DNA from: Akkermansiaceae bacterium
GTDB taxonomy: Bacteria; Verrucomicrobiota; Verrucomicrobiia; Verrucomicrobiales; Akkermansiaceae
Length of the DNA stretch: 64,000 nt
Direction: 5' to 3'
NCBI GenBank assembly: GCA_021733795.1
Contig: JAIPKB010000004.1
Span: 1,516 to 65,515, forward strand
Made by a program: the position numbers and the translations under genes. The notes under the pieces were generated by a model, which worked only from the letters and a program-made list of their open reading frames with translations, did no database searches and was not told where the DNA came from. How positions within the stretch are numbered: the stretch's first letter is position 1; every line of letters begins with the position of its first letter. This document shows positions 29,936 to 39,428 of the stretch, piece by piece.

Positions 29936-32608
29936 ATGATCGATCCCATGGCCGAACAACAGGTACTGGAAGTGGTGCGCGAATGCGGACCACGGGAGGC
30001 CTATCGGCGGTTGTTAGCAGCAAGCGACCGCCGGATGAGCGGCCCGGATCTGGACCAGGGCCGGGAAATGGTCCGCCAGCGAACCGCCATCCACACCGTG
30101 CTGATCCGGGAGTGGGCCGCCGCCCAACAACAACTCGCCGGCTACGACAAACCCTTCGCCGTGGTCGCCCTGGGAGGCACCGGGCGCGGCGAAATCACCC
30201 CGCGCTCGGATCTGGACATCGCGTTTCTGTTCGATGACGAAATCGAGGGCAACCCCTTCCTGCTGAACCTGCAGCGGCAGACCCTGCACACCGGCCGCTT
30301 CGAGCATGAATACGGATTCTCATTCTTGCCGCTGCCGTTCGGGCTCGACGAGTTACCGGAACTCGCCGAAAAGCAGCTCAACTCGTTCCTCGACATGAGT
30401 CCGCTCCACGACCCCTGCGGGCTGGCGGCATCCTTCCGCGAGCGCATCCGGCTGACCTTCGACCCCTTCGAGCATTTTCTCCACGTCCGGGAATTCTGGA
30501 AACAGCAGTGGGAGGCGGCCGCGGGAGCCAGCGAAAACCTTCAGCGGTTTGATATCAAAAACGACGGACTGCGCGTGTTTCTCGGCGGAATATGGACCCT
30601 CGCCGGCCAGAATTTCCGCCACAGCCACGACGTTTACCAAGGTCTGTCCGATCCCCGCGATCTCGAGGCTTACGAGTTCCTATTGCGGATCCGCGCCTGG
30701 ATCCACCTGCGCCGCAAGCCAGGCGCGGCGGGGGGGGCCGGCAACCACACCGAGGACGTGCTCGGGTTCGACGATTTCTGCTCGTTCGGCGAAATGCTCG
30801 GGCCGGAGGCCGGAGACACCGTGCGGTTCGAATTCGCCACCATGGTGCGGGCCCGCCTGCTTTCCGCCCGCCGCCGCGTGGCCGCCTTCGCCCGCGGGGT
30901 GATCGAACGCGAACTGAAGGTCGGCCGCCGGGTTCCGCCGGACGACGTCATCGTGCTGCGAACCGGTGGCCTGCAACACAGCCAGAGCGGAGAACTCACC
31001 GACCCGGTGCAGCGTAGCCGGGCGGCGCTCGGGATGCTGCTGGCGGCCCAGCACTACGCGGTTCAGGTGGATTCATCCGAACTGCAAACCACCCTCTGCA
31101 ACATCGGCGACTGGCTGGTGCCGGTGCCCGAACTCTCCGCGCTGTTCTACGAAACCCGCGGCAGCCTGTCGGACACCCTCCGCTTTCTCACCCAGTTGGA
31201 CGGTGCTGCAGAGCGCTTGTTTCCCGGCTACGGCCGCTTCGAGGCCTCACTCGACGAGCGGGTCATGATCGAACGGGCCTCACTGCGCGGTGCCTGGATG
31301 CGCCAGAAACTGCGCGCGCTGGATAATTGCCTGGCGCACGGCAACGCCCGCCTCAAGTCCGAACGCACCGGCTGGAATCCACTCGATGCCGACCTCCGGG
31401 AAATGGTCGCCAACGAGGCAACCCTGTTGGATGAGGACCACCTCGCAGCGGTGAAACTGGCGCTGGTGACCAAACGTCTGCCATTCACCCCGGACGACGA
31501 AAAGGCCCGGCACAACGAAGCCCTGCCGCTCCATGAGCGCGAGGCCTCCGGGTTTTCCGGGATTCCGCTCGACGTTTACTACGATCCGTTTGTGGCGGCG
31601 GCCGGATTCACGCCGGAAACCGTCCGGGTGACCAAATTCCTGCTGATCCACCGCCGGGTACTCAAACGGGCCGCCGAAAGAGGGTTCAACGACGACGACG
31701 CGGTCGAACGCCTGGTGACCGAATGCGGCGACGAAATGACGATGCGCTCGCTCTTCGTGTTCAGTTGCATGGACAGCCTGGTGGGCGTCTCCCCCGAGGT
31801 CGCCGCGCTGACCGAGGCCACCCAGCGGATCTGGTGGCTGCGGGAATCCGATCCCGCACGCTGGTTCAATATCCGCGAACTCTACCTGAAGGCGCTCGTC
31901 CGCCACCATCCCGAAATCCTGCCGGATGCGGAACAAACCCTGCGCTCCGCCGGCTATGCGGCGGAAGATCAGGAAATCCTGCGGGATTTCGGCACCGACT
32001 TCTTCGGCGGCCTCTACGGCAGGCACGCCCGGCGCTTCGGCAGCCACCTGCTGCGCTTGGTCGAGGACCCGCAAGCCGGCTCCAAGGCCGCCTTGCTGCG
32101 GGACGGCAGCGCCGTGTTGTTAGGCCTCGCGGCCAGGGATTTCCGCGGACTGGCCGCCTGTGTCAGCGGGGCCTTGTGGCAGCACCAGCTCAACCTGCGC
32201 CAAGCCCATTTGTTCTGCGCCGCCAACCACCAGTTGGCGCTCGACTTCTTCTACCTCGCCCCAGGCACCGAGGCGATTCCCGCCGACCTGCCACAGATCA
32301 TCCAAAACGCCATCAGCGGAAACCTGCACATCGGCGAGGCCGACGAAGCACTGCTGCCGCCCCTCAGCGGCAAGGCGGAGTTGGCGGCCACCCCCTCCGG
32401 CAACTACCGCCTGCGCTACGAGACCGACCGCGATACCGATGGACTGGTCTATGCCCTGTCCTACAAGGTTTTCCGCCACCTCGGCGGCACCATCCACTGC
32501 CTCACCGCCAACACCGTCCGCGGCCGCACTTACATCTCCATCATCCTCAGCCTGCCCGCAGACCTCGCGCTGGAACAGGCCAGGGAAATCGTCGAAAGCC
32601 GGTTCTAA
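29936..32608 (+). CDS. GlnD-like protein (nucleotidyltransferase, degenerate HD, two ACT domains)
   Basis: AVVALGGTGRGEITPRSDLD; FDIKNDGLR; ACT-like ARDFRGLAACVSGAL and DRDTDGLVYAL; no HD dyad. Start moved to ATG 29936 (or 29948). Confidence 0.75.
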   Translation: MIDPMAEQQVLEVVRECGPREAYRRLLAASDRRMSGPDLDQGREMVRQRTAIHTVLIREWAAAQQQLAGYDKPFAVVALGGTGRGEITPRSDLDIAFLFDDEIEGNPFLLNLQRQTLHTGRFEHEYGFSFLPLPFGLDELPELAEKQLNSFLDMSPLHDPCGLAASFRERIRLTFDPFEHFLHVREFWKQQWEAAAGASENLQRFDIKNDGLRVFLGGIWTLAGQNFRHSHDVYQGLSDPRDLEAYEFLLRIRAWIHLRRKPGAAGGAGNHTEDVLGFDDFCSFGEMLGPEAGDTVRFEFATMVRARLLSARRRVAAFARGVIERELKVGRRVPPDDVIVLRTGGLQHSQSGELTDPVQRSRAALGMLLAAQHYAVQVDSSELQTTLCNIGDWLVPVPELSALFYETRGSLSDTLRFLTQLDGAAERLFPGYGRFEASLDERVMIERASLRGAWMRQKLRALDNCLAHGNARLKSERTGWNPLDADLREMVANEATLLDEDHLAAVKLALVTKRLPFTPDDEKARHNEALPLHEREASGFSGIPLDVYYDPFVAAAGFTPETVRVTKFLLIHRRVLKRAAERGFNDDDAVERLVTECGDEMTMRSLFVFSCMDSLVGVSPEVAALTEATQRIWWLRESDPARWFNIRELYLKALVRHHPEILPDAEQTLRSAGYAAEDQEILRDFGTDFFGGLYGRHARRFGSHLLRLVEDPQAGSKAALLRDGSAVLLGLAARDFRGLAACVSGALWQHQLNLRQAHLFCAANHQLALDFFYLAPGTEAIPADLPQIIQNAISGNLHIGEADEALLPPLSGKAELAATPSGNYRLRYETDRDTDGLVYALSYKVFRHLGGTIHCLTANTVRGRTYISIILSLPADLALEQAREIVESRF

Positions 32609-32659
32609 CAACAACCGCGCCGGGTTCACCGTCCCGGACCAGGCTTGATCGCCATCCGT

Positions 32660-33380
32660 GGCCGAAGCCGTCCGTGGCTGGCGCGGCTCGCGCCAGGCCG
32701 TCTCACGGGGCGGCTCGCCCCGTGGGATCCCAGCCCACCACCAGAACTCAGCAAACCCCCTCGTTTTGGTGAAAAGCCAAGCGTGATGCCATTCGTTTCA
32801 TCCTGGTCACCTCAGGCCACGAGGCCAGCCACGGCGCGGCAACCGGAGCGAAGCGGAGATGGTCAGCCTGATTGCCTTCTTGTTCCGCTGACAACGCCGC
32901 CGCGCCCTACCTTTACAGGGAATCCAACTTGCTCGACATTTAGGCCCTTTTGAGGTCAAATGCTGAGTTCTGTCCGTCAGAGCACGGAACGGCGCTTGGA
33001 GCGACGCTTGAACGGACAAAGAACTGATTTTCAGATCCCTTCATTTGGCAATTCTTCGTTTCCTTCTGTGAAAAATATTCTTCCGATCCGGCACAATGAA
33101 TCGAGGACGAGAAGGAGGCCGAGGGATGAGGACGAAAGCTCCCCTTCTTGACTCCTCTACGCCAACCCTGGGAACGGGCTTCAAACACTCGTTGTTACCG
33201 GAGTTCGGCTGTTGCAGAGGCAGATTGATGGGGACCGCAGCCGCCCTCGGCTGCAGTTCGGTGCGCCCTCGCGCCGAACAAACGGGTGCCACCTCCACAC
33301 CATCCAATGCCGGGATGCTGTGCGGAGAGGTCAGCCGCGAGGGCGCGACTGACTGCACCCGGGGGCGGGTGCGCTCCCCA
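32660..33380. repeat. Intergenic mosaic of REP-like hairpins
   Basis: CTGGCGCG-GCT-CGCGCCAG, CACGGGGCG-GCT-CGCCCCGTG, and inverted GGGA(C/G)CGCA..CCGCCC..GG.TGCAGT units at ~33231 and ~33379. Confidence 0.6.
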
Positions 33381-34134
33381 CCCTCGCCAGATAGCGTGCG
33401 GCGGCCTCGCGAATCTGCCCTGCCGTATCGGCCTCCGGCCTGGCAAACGGCGGCACAAACCATGGAAACGAACCCACCAAGTCCGTGATCACCGCGATTT
33501 CCCCATCGCAGGTGCCGTTTCCACAACCGATCCCGATCGTCGGCACCTCGATCTCCGAACTGACAAAACGCGCCGCGTCCGGCACCACGGACTCCAACAC
33601 AATCGCCGCAACCCCCGCATCGATCAGAGCCCGCGCGCCAGCCAGGATCGCCTCGGACTGCTCCGGCGTCCGGCCCTTTTTCCGGTACCCGCCCTCCGCC
33701 AACACCCGTTGCGGCAGCATCCCAAGGTGGCCGATCACCGGAATCCCCGCCGCTACGATCGCCTGGACTTGCCCGACCTGCCGGAGCCCGCCCTCGAGTT
33801 TCACCGCCTCGGCTCCCGCTGCCACCATGCGGCGGGCGGTCTCAAGCGCTTCAGCCGGAGTGCGGTAGGTATCAATCGGCAGATCACCCACCACCAAGGC
33901 CCGGGGTTTGGCCCTCGCCACGGCGGCCACATGATGGAGCATGTGCTCGAGCGTCACGTGGGTGGTATCCGGAAACCCCAGCACCACCATGCCCAGCGAG
34001 TCTCCCACCAGCAATAGGTCAATCCCCACCTCATCGAGCAAGCGCGCGATGGAATAGTCGTATGCCGTCAGGGCAGCGATCGGGCGGCCGCCTTTCCGAC
34101 GGCGCAGGGCGGAGGCTTTTTCGAGTGAAGTCAC
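33331..34134 (-). CDS. panB: 3-methyl-2-oxobutanoate hydroxymethyltransferase
   Basis: LTAYD, LVGDSLGMV, AVKLEG, HLGMLPQ, PTIGIG motifs. Confidence 0.95.
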   Translation of the reverse strand: MTSLEKASALRRRKGGRPIAALTAYDYSIARLLDEVGIDLLLVGDSLGMVVLGFPDTTHVTLEHMLHHVAAVARAKPRALVVGDLPIDTYRTPAEALETARRMVAAGAEAVKLEGGLRQVGQVQAIVAAGIPVIGHLGMLPQRVLAEGGYRKKGRTPEQSEAILAGARALIDAGVAAIVLESVVPDAARFVSSEIEVPTIGIGCGNGTCDGEIAVITDLVGSFPWFVPPFARPEADTAGQIREAAARYLARVGSAPAPGCSQSRPRG

Positions 34135-34226
34135 GGTGGCAGCCGCACGCTACGCCGGACCGGCGCCCTTGGCTACCCGAAAAAACAAAACCTACGCCCA
34201 AAGGCGGAGGTCTCGATCTCGCGAAA

Positions 34227-34301
34227 TGGCGACCCGTAAGGGAGTCGAACCCTTCTTGCCAGAATGAAAATCTGGAGTCCTAACCGATAGACGAACGGGT
34301 C
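34227..34301 (-). tRNA. tRNA-Glu(TTC)
   Basis: GACCCGT...CCAGA-TTTTCAT-TCTGG...TTCGACT...ACGGGTC-G-CCA cloverleaf. Confidence 0.97.
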
Positions 34302-34391
34302 GTTGGTCGCGGTGCGGGCGGCAGGAAAACGCATCGCCTCCCCCTTGACAAGGACTTTTTTCAATTTTTTACGAATCCGGCTCCCTTCCCC

Positions 34392-35939
34392 TCAACCGCC
34401 GACCAACCGCTGCTGGGCTGCGGGATCGAGCGGCTCGCAGCCGCGGTAGCCTTCGCCGTGGCTCGGCGGGATGGTCATCAGCAGCGCGTCCCGCTCGTAG
34501 GAAGACGGAAAATCCAGCCCGATCAGCGCGCGGCCGATCCGTTCCCCGGACTGCCGGTAGTTGAAATAACAAAGGTTGGCGTTGCCCGTGAGGTAGCGGC
34601 CAAGGAAATCATGCAGAGCACCCGGCCGCTCGTAAAAATCCAGGCGGAGAAACACCGGGTATTGCAGCAGGTCGCCGCGCAACGGAATCGCCCGGAAAAC
34701 CACATCCGGCGCATCGGTCAGATCCTGCCACTCGAAACCGCCGGCTGCCAACCGCGCCGGCAGCGCCTCCACCCGCGCCGGATCCTCTGCGGTCACGGTG
34801 AATACCGGCCGGGCAGCGCCTGAATCGGTCTTGCCGTATTGGAAATCGGTGATATTGAGGCCCTCAAAACAGGAGTCGAGCAGCCCCACCATCATCCCCG
34901 GAAGCTCCGGGATGTGGATCCGCAGGGTGCGGCTGGCACTGCCTGCGGAATCGAGCGATTGGGCGATGACTCCAAGTTGGAGAAAATCGATATTGGCTCC
35001 GCACAGCACCACCAGCACCCGTTTTCCCGCCAGGGCCTCGCGGTGTTTGAGCACGGCCGCCAGGCCCATCGCGCCGGCCGGCTCGGCCACGCAGCGCAGA
35101 CCCTCCCACAACGTGCGGATCGCCTGGCTCACTTCGGCATTGGTCACGGTTTCCATTGCATCCAGCGTATCCCGGCAGATTTGGAATGGCAACTCCCCGG
35201 CCTTGCGGACGGCGGTGCCGTCACAAAACAAATCCAGATGCTCGAGCGGCACCGGTTGACCGGCCGCGATGGCCGCTTTCATGCAGGCCTGTCCGCTGCC
35301 CTCCACTCCGACCACCCGGGTCTGCGGCCAATGGGTCTTGAGCCAGGTGGAAACCCCCGCCGCCATCCCGCCGCCCCCGATTTGCAGGTACACGGCATCG
35401 AACGGGCCTTTCCCGGAAAGAATGATTTCATCCGCCAGCGTGCCCTGGCCGGCCATCACCTGTAGGTCGTCGTAGGCGTGGATATAGACCGCCCGGGTTG
35501 CCTGTTCATCCTCGCGGGCGGCGGTGACCGCATCGTCGTAGCTATCGCCCGCCAAGTGGATCTCCACCCACTCGCCGCCGTGGTGGCGGACCGCCGCCTG
35601 TTTGATCCGAGGGGTGGGACGCGGCATGTAAATGCGGGCCCGGATCCCCAACGTGCGGGCGGCCAGGGCCACCCCCTGCGCGTGATTGCCGGCCGACGCC
35701 GTGACCACCCCACGGGCGGCCTCTGCCGGCGTCAGCACCGCCATCCGGTTGCACGCCCCGCGCCACTTGTAGGCTTTCACCGGCGAGAGATCCTCGCGTT
35801 TCACCCAGATTTCAGGCCCGCCTCCGGGCAGCACCAACTGCTCCAGCGGCGTGGCTCCGGCGAAGCGGTAAACCCGCTCCCGGGCGAACAATATCTCCTG
35901 CCGCAAGCGGCGGTCCAATGGCAGTGCCTCGCGATCCAT
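34392..35939 (-). CDS. ilvA: Threonine ammonia-lyase (biosynthetic type, C-terminal regulatory domains)
   Basis: KREDL..V.AYKWRGA, ASAGNHAQG, GQGT, GGGG, CGANIDF, ERPGAL motifs. Confidence 0.9.
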   Translation of the reverse strand: MDREALPLDRRLRQEILFARERVYRFAGATPLEQLVLPGGGPEIWVKREDLSPVKAYKWRGACNRMAVLTPAEAARGVVTASAGNHAQGVALAARTLGIRARIYMPRPTPRIKQAAVRHHGGEWVEIHLAGDSYDDAVTAAREDEQATRAVYIHAYDDLQVMAGQGTLADEIILSGKGPFDAVYLQIGGGGMAAGVSTWLKTHWPQTRVVGVEGSGQACMKAAIAAGQPVPLEHLDLFCDGTAVRKAGELPFQICRDTLDAMETVTNAEVSQAIRTLWEGLRCVAEPAGAMGLAAVLKHREALAGKRVLVVLCGANIDFLQLGVIAQSLDSAGSASRTLRIHIPELPGMMVGLLDSCFEGLNITDFQYGKTDSGAARPVFTVTAEDPARVEALPARLAAGGFEWQDLTDAPDVVFRAIPLRGDLLQYPVFLRLDFYERPGALHDFLGRYLTGNANLCYFNYRQSGERIGRALIGLDFPSSYERDALLMTIPPSHGEGYRGCEPLDPAAQQRLVGG

Positions 35940-36071
35940 ACGGACGGTTGTGCCCCATCCGCCCGCCCCAGGCAAGCCCGATGGACGAACCGGGCCACAA
36001 TCGCTTGGCGCATCTTAACGCTTGCGGTGGGGCGGCGGCTGATCAACACTCGCCGCCGCACCGGAGCTTTC

Positions 36072-36148
<77 letters not shown>

Positions 36149-36533
36149 TTTCACAACCTCTCCAATCCAATGGTTTAACGCTCGCCCAACGCGGATGACC
36201 CACGTGATGCCCGGCCATACCGCCATCCCTTGTGCGGCCTGGGCTGTGCATCGGGCGCGGTACCGCCGGACTCGGACATGTGGAACCGCACATGCGGATG
36301 ATCGGCGGTCCGGGGTCCGCTTTCGATCACCCGCCGGATCAACAGGGGGACCGCCCTGCGGCAAATCCGCTTCCCCGACCACGTGGTGATGGGTGAGCCC
36401 GCACCCGGCCCCGACCCCCACTTTTCGTTCCGGGAAACCGGGCTGCGACCATTTCACCGGCACCTTTTCCTGCCTTTTCCTTGTGGCCGGAGTCCCACGC
36501 ATCACGAAGCGTGGGAAACCGGCCTGTGAATCG

Positions 36534-37505
36534 CTATTTCGCTTTCGGCAGCGTAATGACGACCATGTTCTCCTTCCTGTCCACTTTCATCCGCTCCACC
36601 TGCACAGGACCGGGCAGGGTGAGCATCTGCGAGTACCCCGCGGTGCGCGAACGACGGATCACGCCGGCGTCGCCTTTCTTAACCTCCCTCCCCTGCGCCT
36701 TTGCGTCGATTTTCAAGGTTTGCCCGTCAACTGTGACACCGAGCTGGTCCATGTCACGATCGGGAAGGTAGGCACGAACGACATAACTCTCTCCTTCATC
36801 CTGCAAGTCGATCGCGGAACCGAAACTCGGCAGATCGAAGAAGCCCTCGGAGCCTGGCTCCCGGTCGAACTCACGAAACGCATCGGCGAAGATGCGATCC
36901 ATTTCACGGCGCATCCGCTCCATCCGATCCACGACATCGCGATCCCAAACGGTAAGCGGCAGCAACACCGGATCAGGCACCGTCTGCGACGACTCGGACT
37001 TCCCGGCAGCCGGTTTCCCCGTCTTCGGGACCGTGATGACGATCATGTGATCGTCCGCCCTGCGCTCGACTTTCGGCCCGGGGCCGTCCGCGACGCCAAC
37101 AAGCTCGACAACCTGTTCATACTTTCCCGCTTTCCCGCTTTCGGGAGCGAGAATGTGCAGCGTTGCGCCATCGAGCTTCACCTCCACCTTGTCGAGATCG
37201 CGTCCTGGCAGGTTGAGACGCACGATGTAGCTGTCTTTCTGTTCGCGCAGATCGACGGATGCCGAGGAAACCGACCGTTCACCGAGCGATTCACCGTCCT
37301 GCTCGTTCCGGAGCTTGTCCCAGGTTTCCCGGAACTTCTCGGACATCCGGTCCTGCCAGCGGTCCATTTTCTCCAGGATTCCGCCGCCATCCTTCTTCGT
37401 CTCGTCGGCGAATACCGACGTCTGCACCACGGCGATCAAAGACGCACCCGCAGCCAGTCCCACGACAAGCAGGCGGGCGCGATTCATGTTGTTTGTAGTC
37501 TTCAT
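36534..37505 (-). CDS. Tandem Hsp20/alpha-crystallin protein with an N-terminal signal peptide
   Basis: Two ACDs (VDLREQKDSYIVRLNLPG...MIVITVPK; IDLQDEGESYVVRAYLPD...MVVITLPK); signal RARLLVVGLAAGASLIAVVQTSVFA|DE. Confidence 0.85.
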   Translation of the reverse strand: MKTTNNMNRARLLVVGLAAGASLIAVVQTSVFADETKKDGGGILEKMDRWQDRMSEKFRETWDKLRNEQDGESLGERSVSSASVDLREQKDSYIVRLNLPGRDLDKVEVKLDGATLHILAPESGKAGKYEQVVELVGVADGPGPKVERRADDHMIVITVPKTGKPAAGKSESSQTVPDPVLLPLTVWDRDVVDRMERMRREMDRIFADAFREFDREPGSEGFFDLPSFGSAIDLQDEGESYVVRAYLPDRDMDQLGVTVDGQTLKIDAKAQGREVKKGDAGVIRRSRTAGYSQMLTLPGPVQVERMKVDRKENMVVITLPKAK

Positions 37506-37522
37506 CACAATTCGTTCTTTTG

Positions 37523-37678
37523 TTATGTTTTTAAGATATACAATCCCAACGGTGTTCGTCCGAAAAAGTCATCGAACAGACTGTTCATATCGCGCTGGAA
37601 CCGGACCAACGGATCCCTCTTCAGGTCGAGGTCCCGATCCCTCTCACGACTCCATGGAATGATATTCTTGATGTTCAT
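37523..37678 (-). pseudogene. Hsp20 N-terminal arm only (51 aa)
   Basis: MNIKNIIPWSRERDRDLDLKRDPLVRFQRDMNSLFDDFFGRTPLGLYILKT*, preceded by the SD AAAGGAG; below the ORF-track cutoff. Confidence 0.7.
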
Positions 37679-38011
37679 TTTCTTCTCCTTTCATGGTCTT
37701 GATGGGGCCCCTGGCTATCCCGGAAGCCCTCTATGATTCAACCGGAGACACGCCATCGATTTGTTTGTCATTTTTCATACCTCTTCAGGGTTTTCGGGCT
37801 CTTCGGCTCCATCCTCATGCGGTTCACCGGCTGGCTCGTGGCCGCAGGATGACCCACGGTGGGGGCCCACAGGATTCCTCGCATGGGCCGATATCCAGTG
37901 ATCGGCGGGATCGTTGCATGGCGACCGTCAAGGGGGACTTTCACGATTCTCGGATGCCGTCGGTGGCTCGAAACCACTTGCATCAGCGGCAACCGATGCA
38001 ATATTTAAGGC

Positions 38012-39412
38012 GTGAAAACCTCGGTTCCGGCAATGGATCTGGAGGAAAGCCTCCGCGACCAGCAGGCGGTGGTCATCGCGGCCCTGATGCCGCATGCGCC
38101 GGTGCTTGTTCCCGGAGTGGGAGGCAAGCGCCTGGGCGAGGTGGCCTCGACCGTCGATGCCATGCGCTGCGTGTCGCGCCGGGTCCGTGAAGCGCGGCCG
38201 GACGGGTTGGTGCTGGTCTCGCCACACTCGCCCCGGGAACCGCGCACCTTCGGGATCTGGCAGGGGGGGCGGTTCCGTGGTTCGCTTGCGCGATTCGGAG
38301 CCGGGGAACGCGAAACCGGGGTTTCCCTGGCCGCGGATACCGCGCTGCGGAGCGCCATTGAATCCGAATGCCGGACCGCCGGGATTCCAACTTGGCGGAT
38401 TCCGGAACAACCGCTGGATCACGGGGCGGTGGTGCCGCTTTGGTTCCTGCAGGAAGCCGGATGCGACGCCCCGGCCGTGCTGCTGAGCCTCGGACACCCG
38501 GAGTTTCACCTGCTCGAACCGTTCGGCACGGTCATCGCCCGGATCGGTGCGGCACTCGGGCGGCGGCTCGCATTCATTGCCAGCGGAGACATGAGTCACC
38601 GGCTGCAGCCGGGAGCGCCTGCCGGCTACAATCCGGATGCGTGGCGCATCGACCAGCGGATCATCGACCTCCTCAAAGCGGGCGACTATCGTACTGTGCA
38701 CCAACTTGATCCGGTCGTGCTGACCGCCGCCGCCGAAGACGTCACTGCATCGACCCGCCTTGCCCTGGCGGCGATCCGGGACGACCCGCGGGGCCACGAA
38801 GTACTCAGTTACGAGGCACCCTTCGGGGTCGGATACGGGGTGGCGATCCTCCATGAGGACCCGGCTTCCGGCGCACGGTCCTCGGCGGACCAAGGCAGGC
38901 CCCTCCCCGCGATCGCCCGTCGGTCCCTCGTTGCGTATTTCTCCGGATCGGACGAGACTCCGCCAAAGCCGGACAACGATTACCTGCGCCAACGGCTCGG
39001 GGTGTTCGTCACGCTTCGCCAGCCACCGGGCCAACTCCGCGGATGTGTCGGTACGCTCGAGGCGGGTGAAAACGACCTTCCGTCCGAAACCTGGCGTGTC
39101 GCCCGCAACGCCGCCCTTGGCAACCACCGTTTTTTGCCGGTGGATGAGGCCGAACTCCCCAACCTCACCATCGAGGTGAGTGTCATCCACCCGGTCGAGC
39201 CGGTCGAATCGCCCGCCCACCTCGATCCCGCCCGCTTCGGCGTCGTGGTCCGCACCCGCGACGGTCGCCGGGGCGTCCTGCTGCCTGGAATCCCGGAAGT
39301 CCGGACCGCCGCGGAGCAGCTCGCCATCGCCCGCCGGAAAGCGACGATCCAGCCGGATGAACCGGTGCTTATCGAACGCTTCCGCATCGACAAGTTCCAA
39401 GAGCAACCCTGA
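38012..39412 (+). CDS. amrA: AmmeMemoRadiSam protein: Memo/LigB-like domain fused to an AMMECR1 domain
   Basis: MPHAP, SPH, DHGAVVPL, ASGDMSH, YEAPFGVGY; then GVFVTL...LRGCVG, EVSV, GVLLP. Confidence 0.85.
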   Translation: MKTSVPAMDLEESLRDQQAVVIAALMPHAPVLVPGVGGKRLGEVASTVDAMRCVSRRVREARPDGLVLVSPHSPREPRTFGIWQGGRFRGSLARFGAGERETGVSLAADTALRSAIESECRTAGIPTWRIPEQPLDHGAVVPLWFLQEAGCDAPAVLLSLGHPEFHLLEPFGTVIARIGAALGRRLAFIASGDMSHRLQPGAPAGYNPDAWRIDQRIIDLLKAGDYRTVHQLDPVVLTAAAEDVTASTRLALAAIRDDPRGHEVLSYEAPFGVGYGVAILHEDPASGARSSADQGRPLPAIARRSLVAYFSGSDETPPKPDNDYLRQRLGVFVTLRQPPGQLRGCVGTLEAGENDLPSETWRVARNAALGNHRFLPVDEAELPNLTIEVSVIHPVEPVESPAHLDPARFGVVVRTRDGRRGVLLPGIPEVRTAAEQLAIARRKATIQPDEPVLIERFRIDKFQEQP

Positions 39413-39428
39413 TCAGCACCAACGAACG

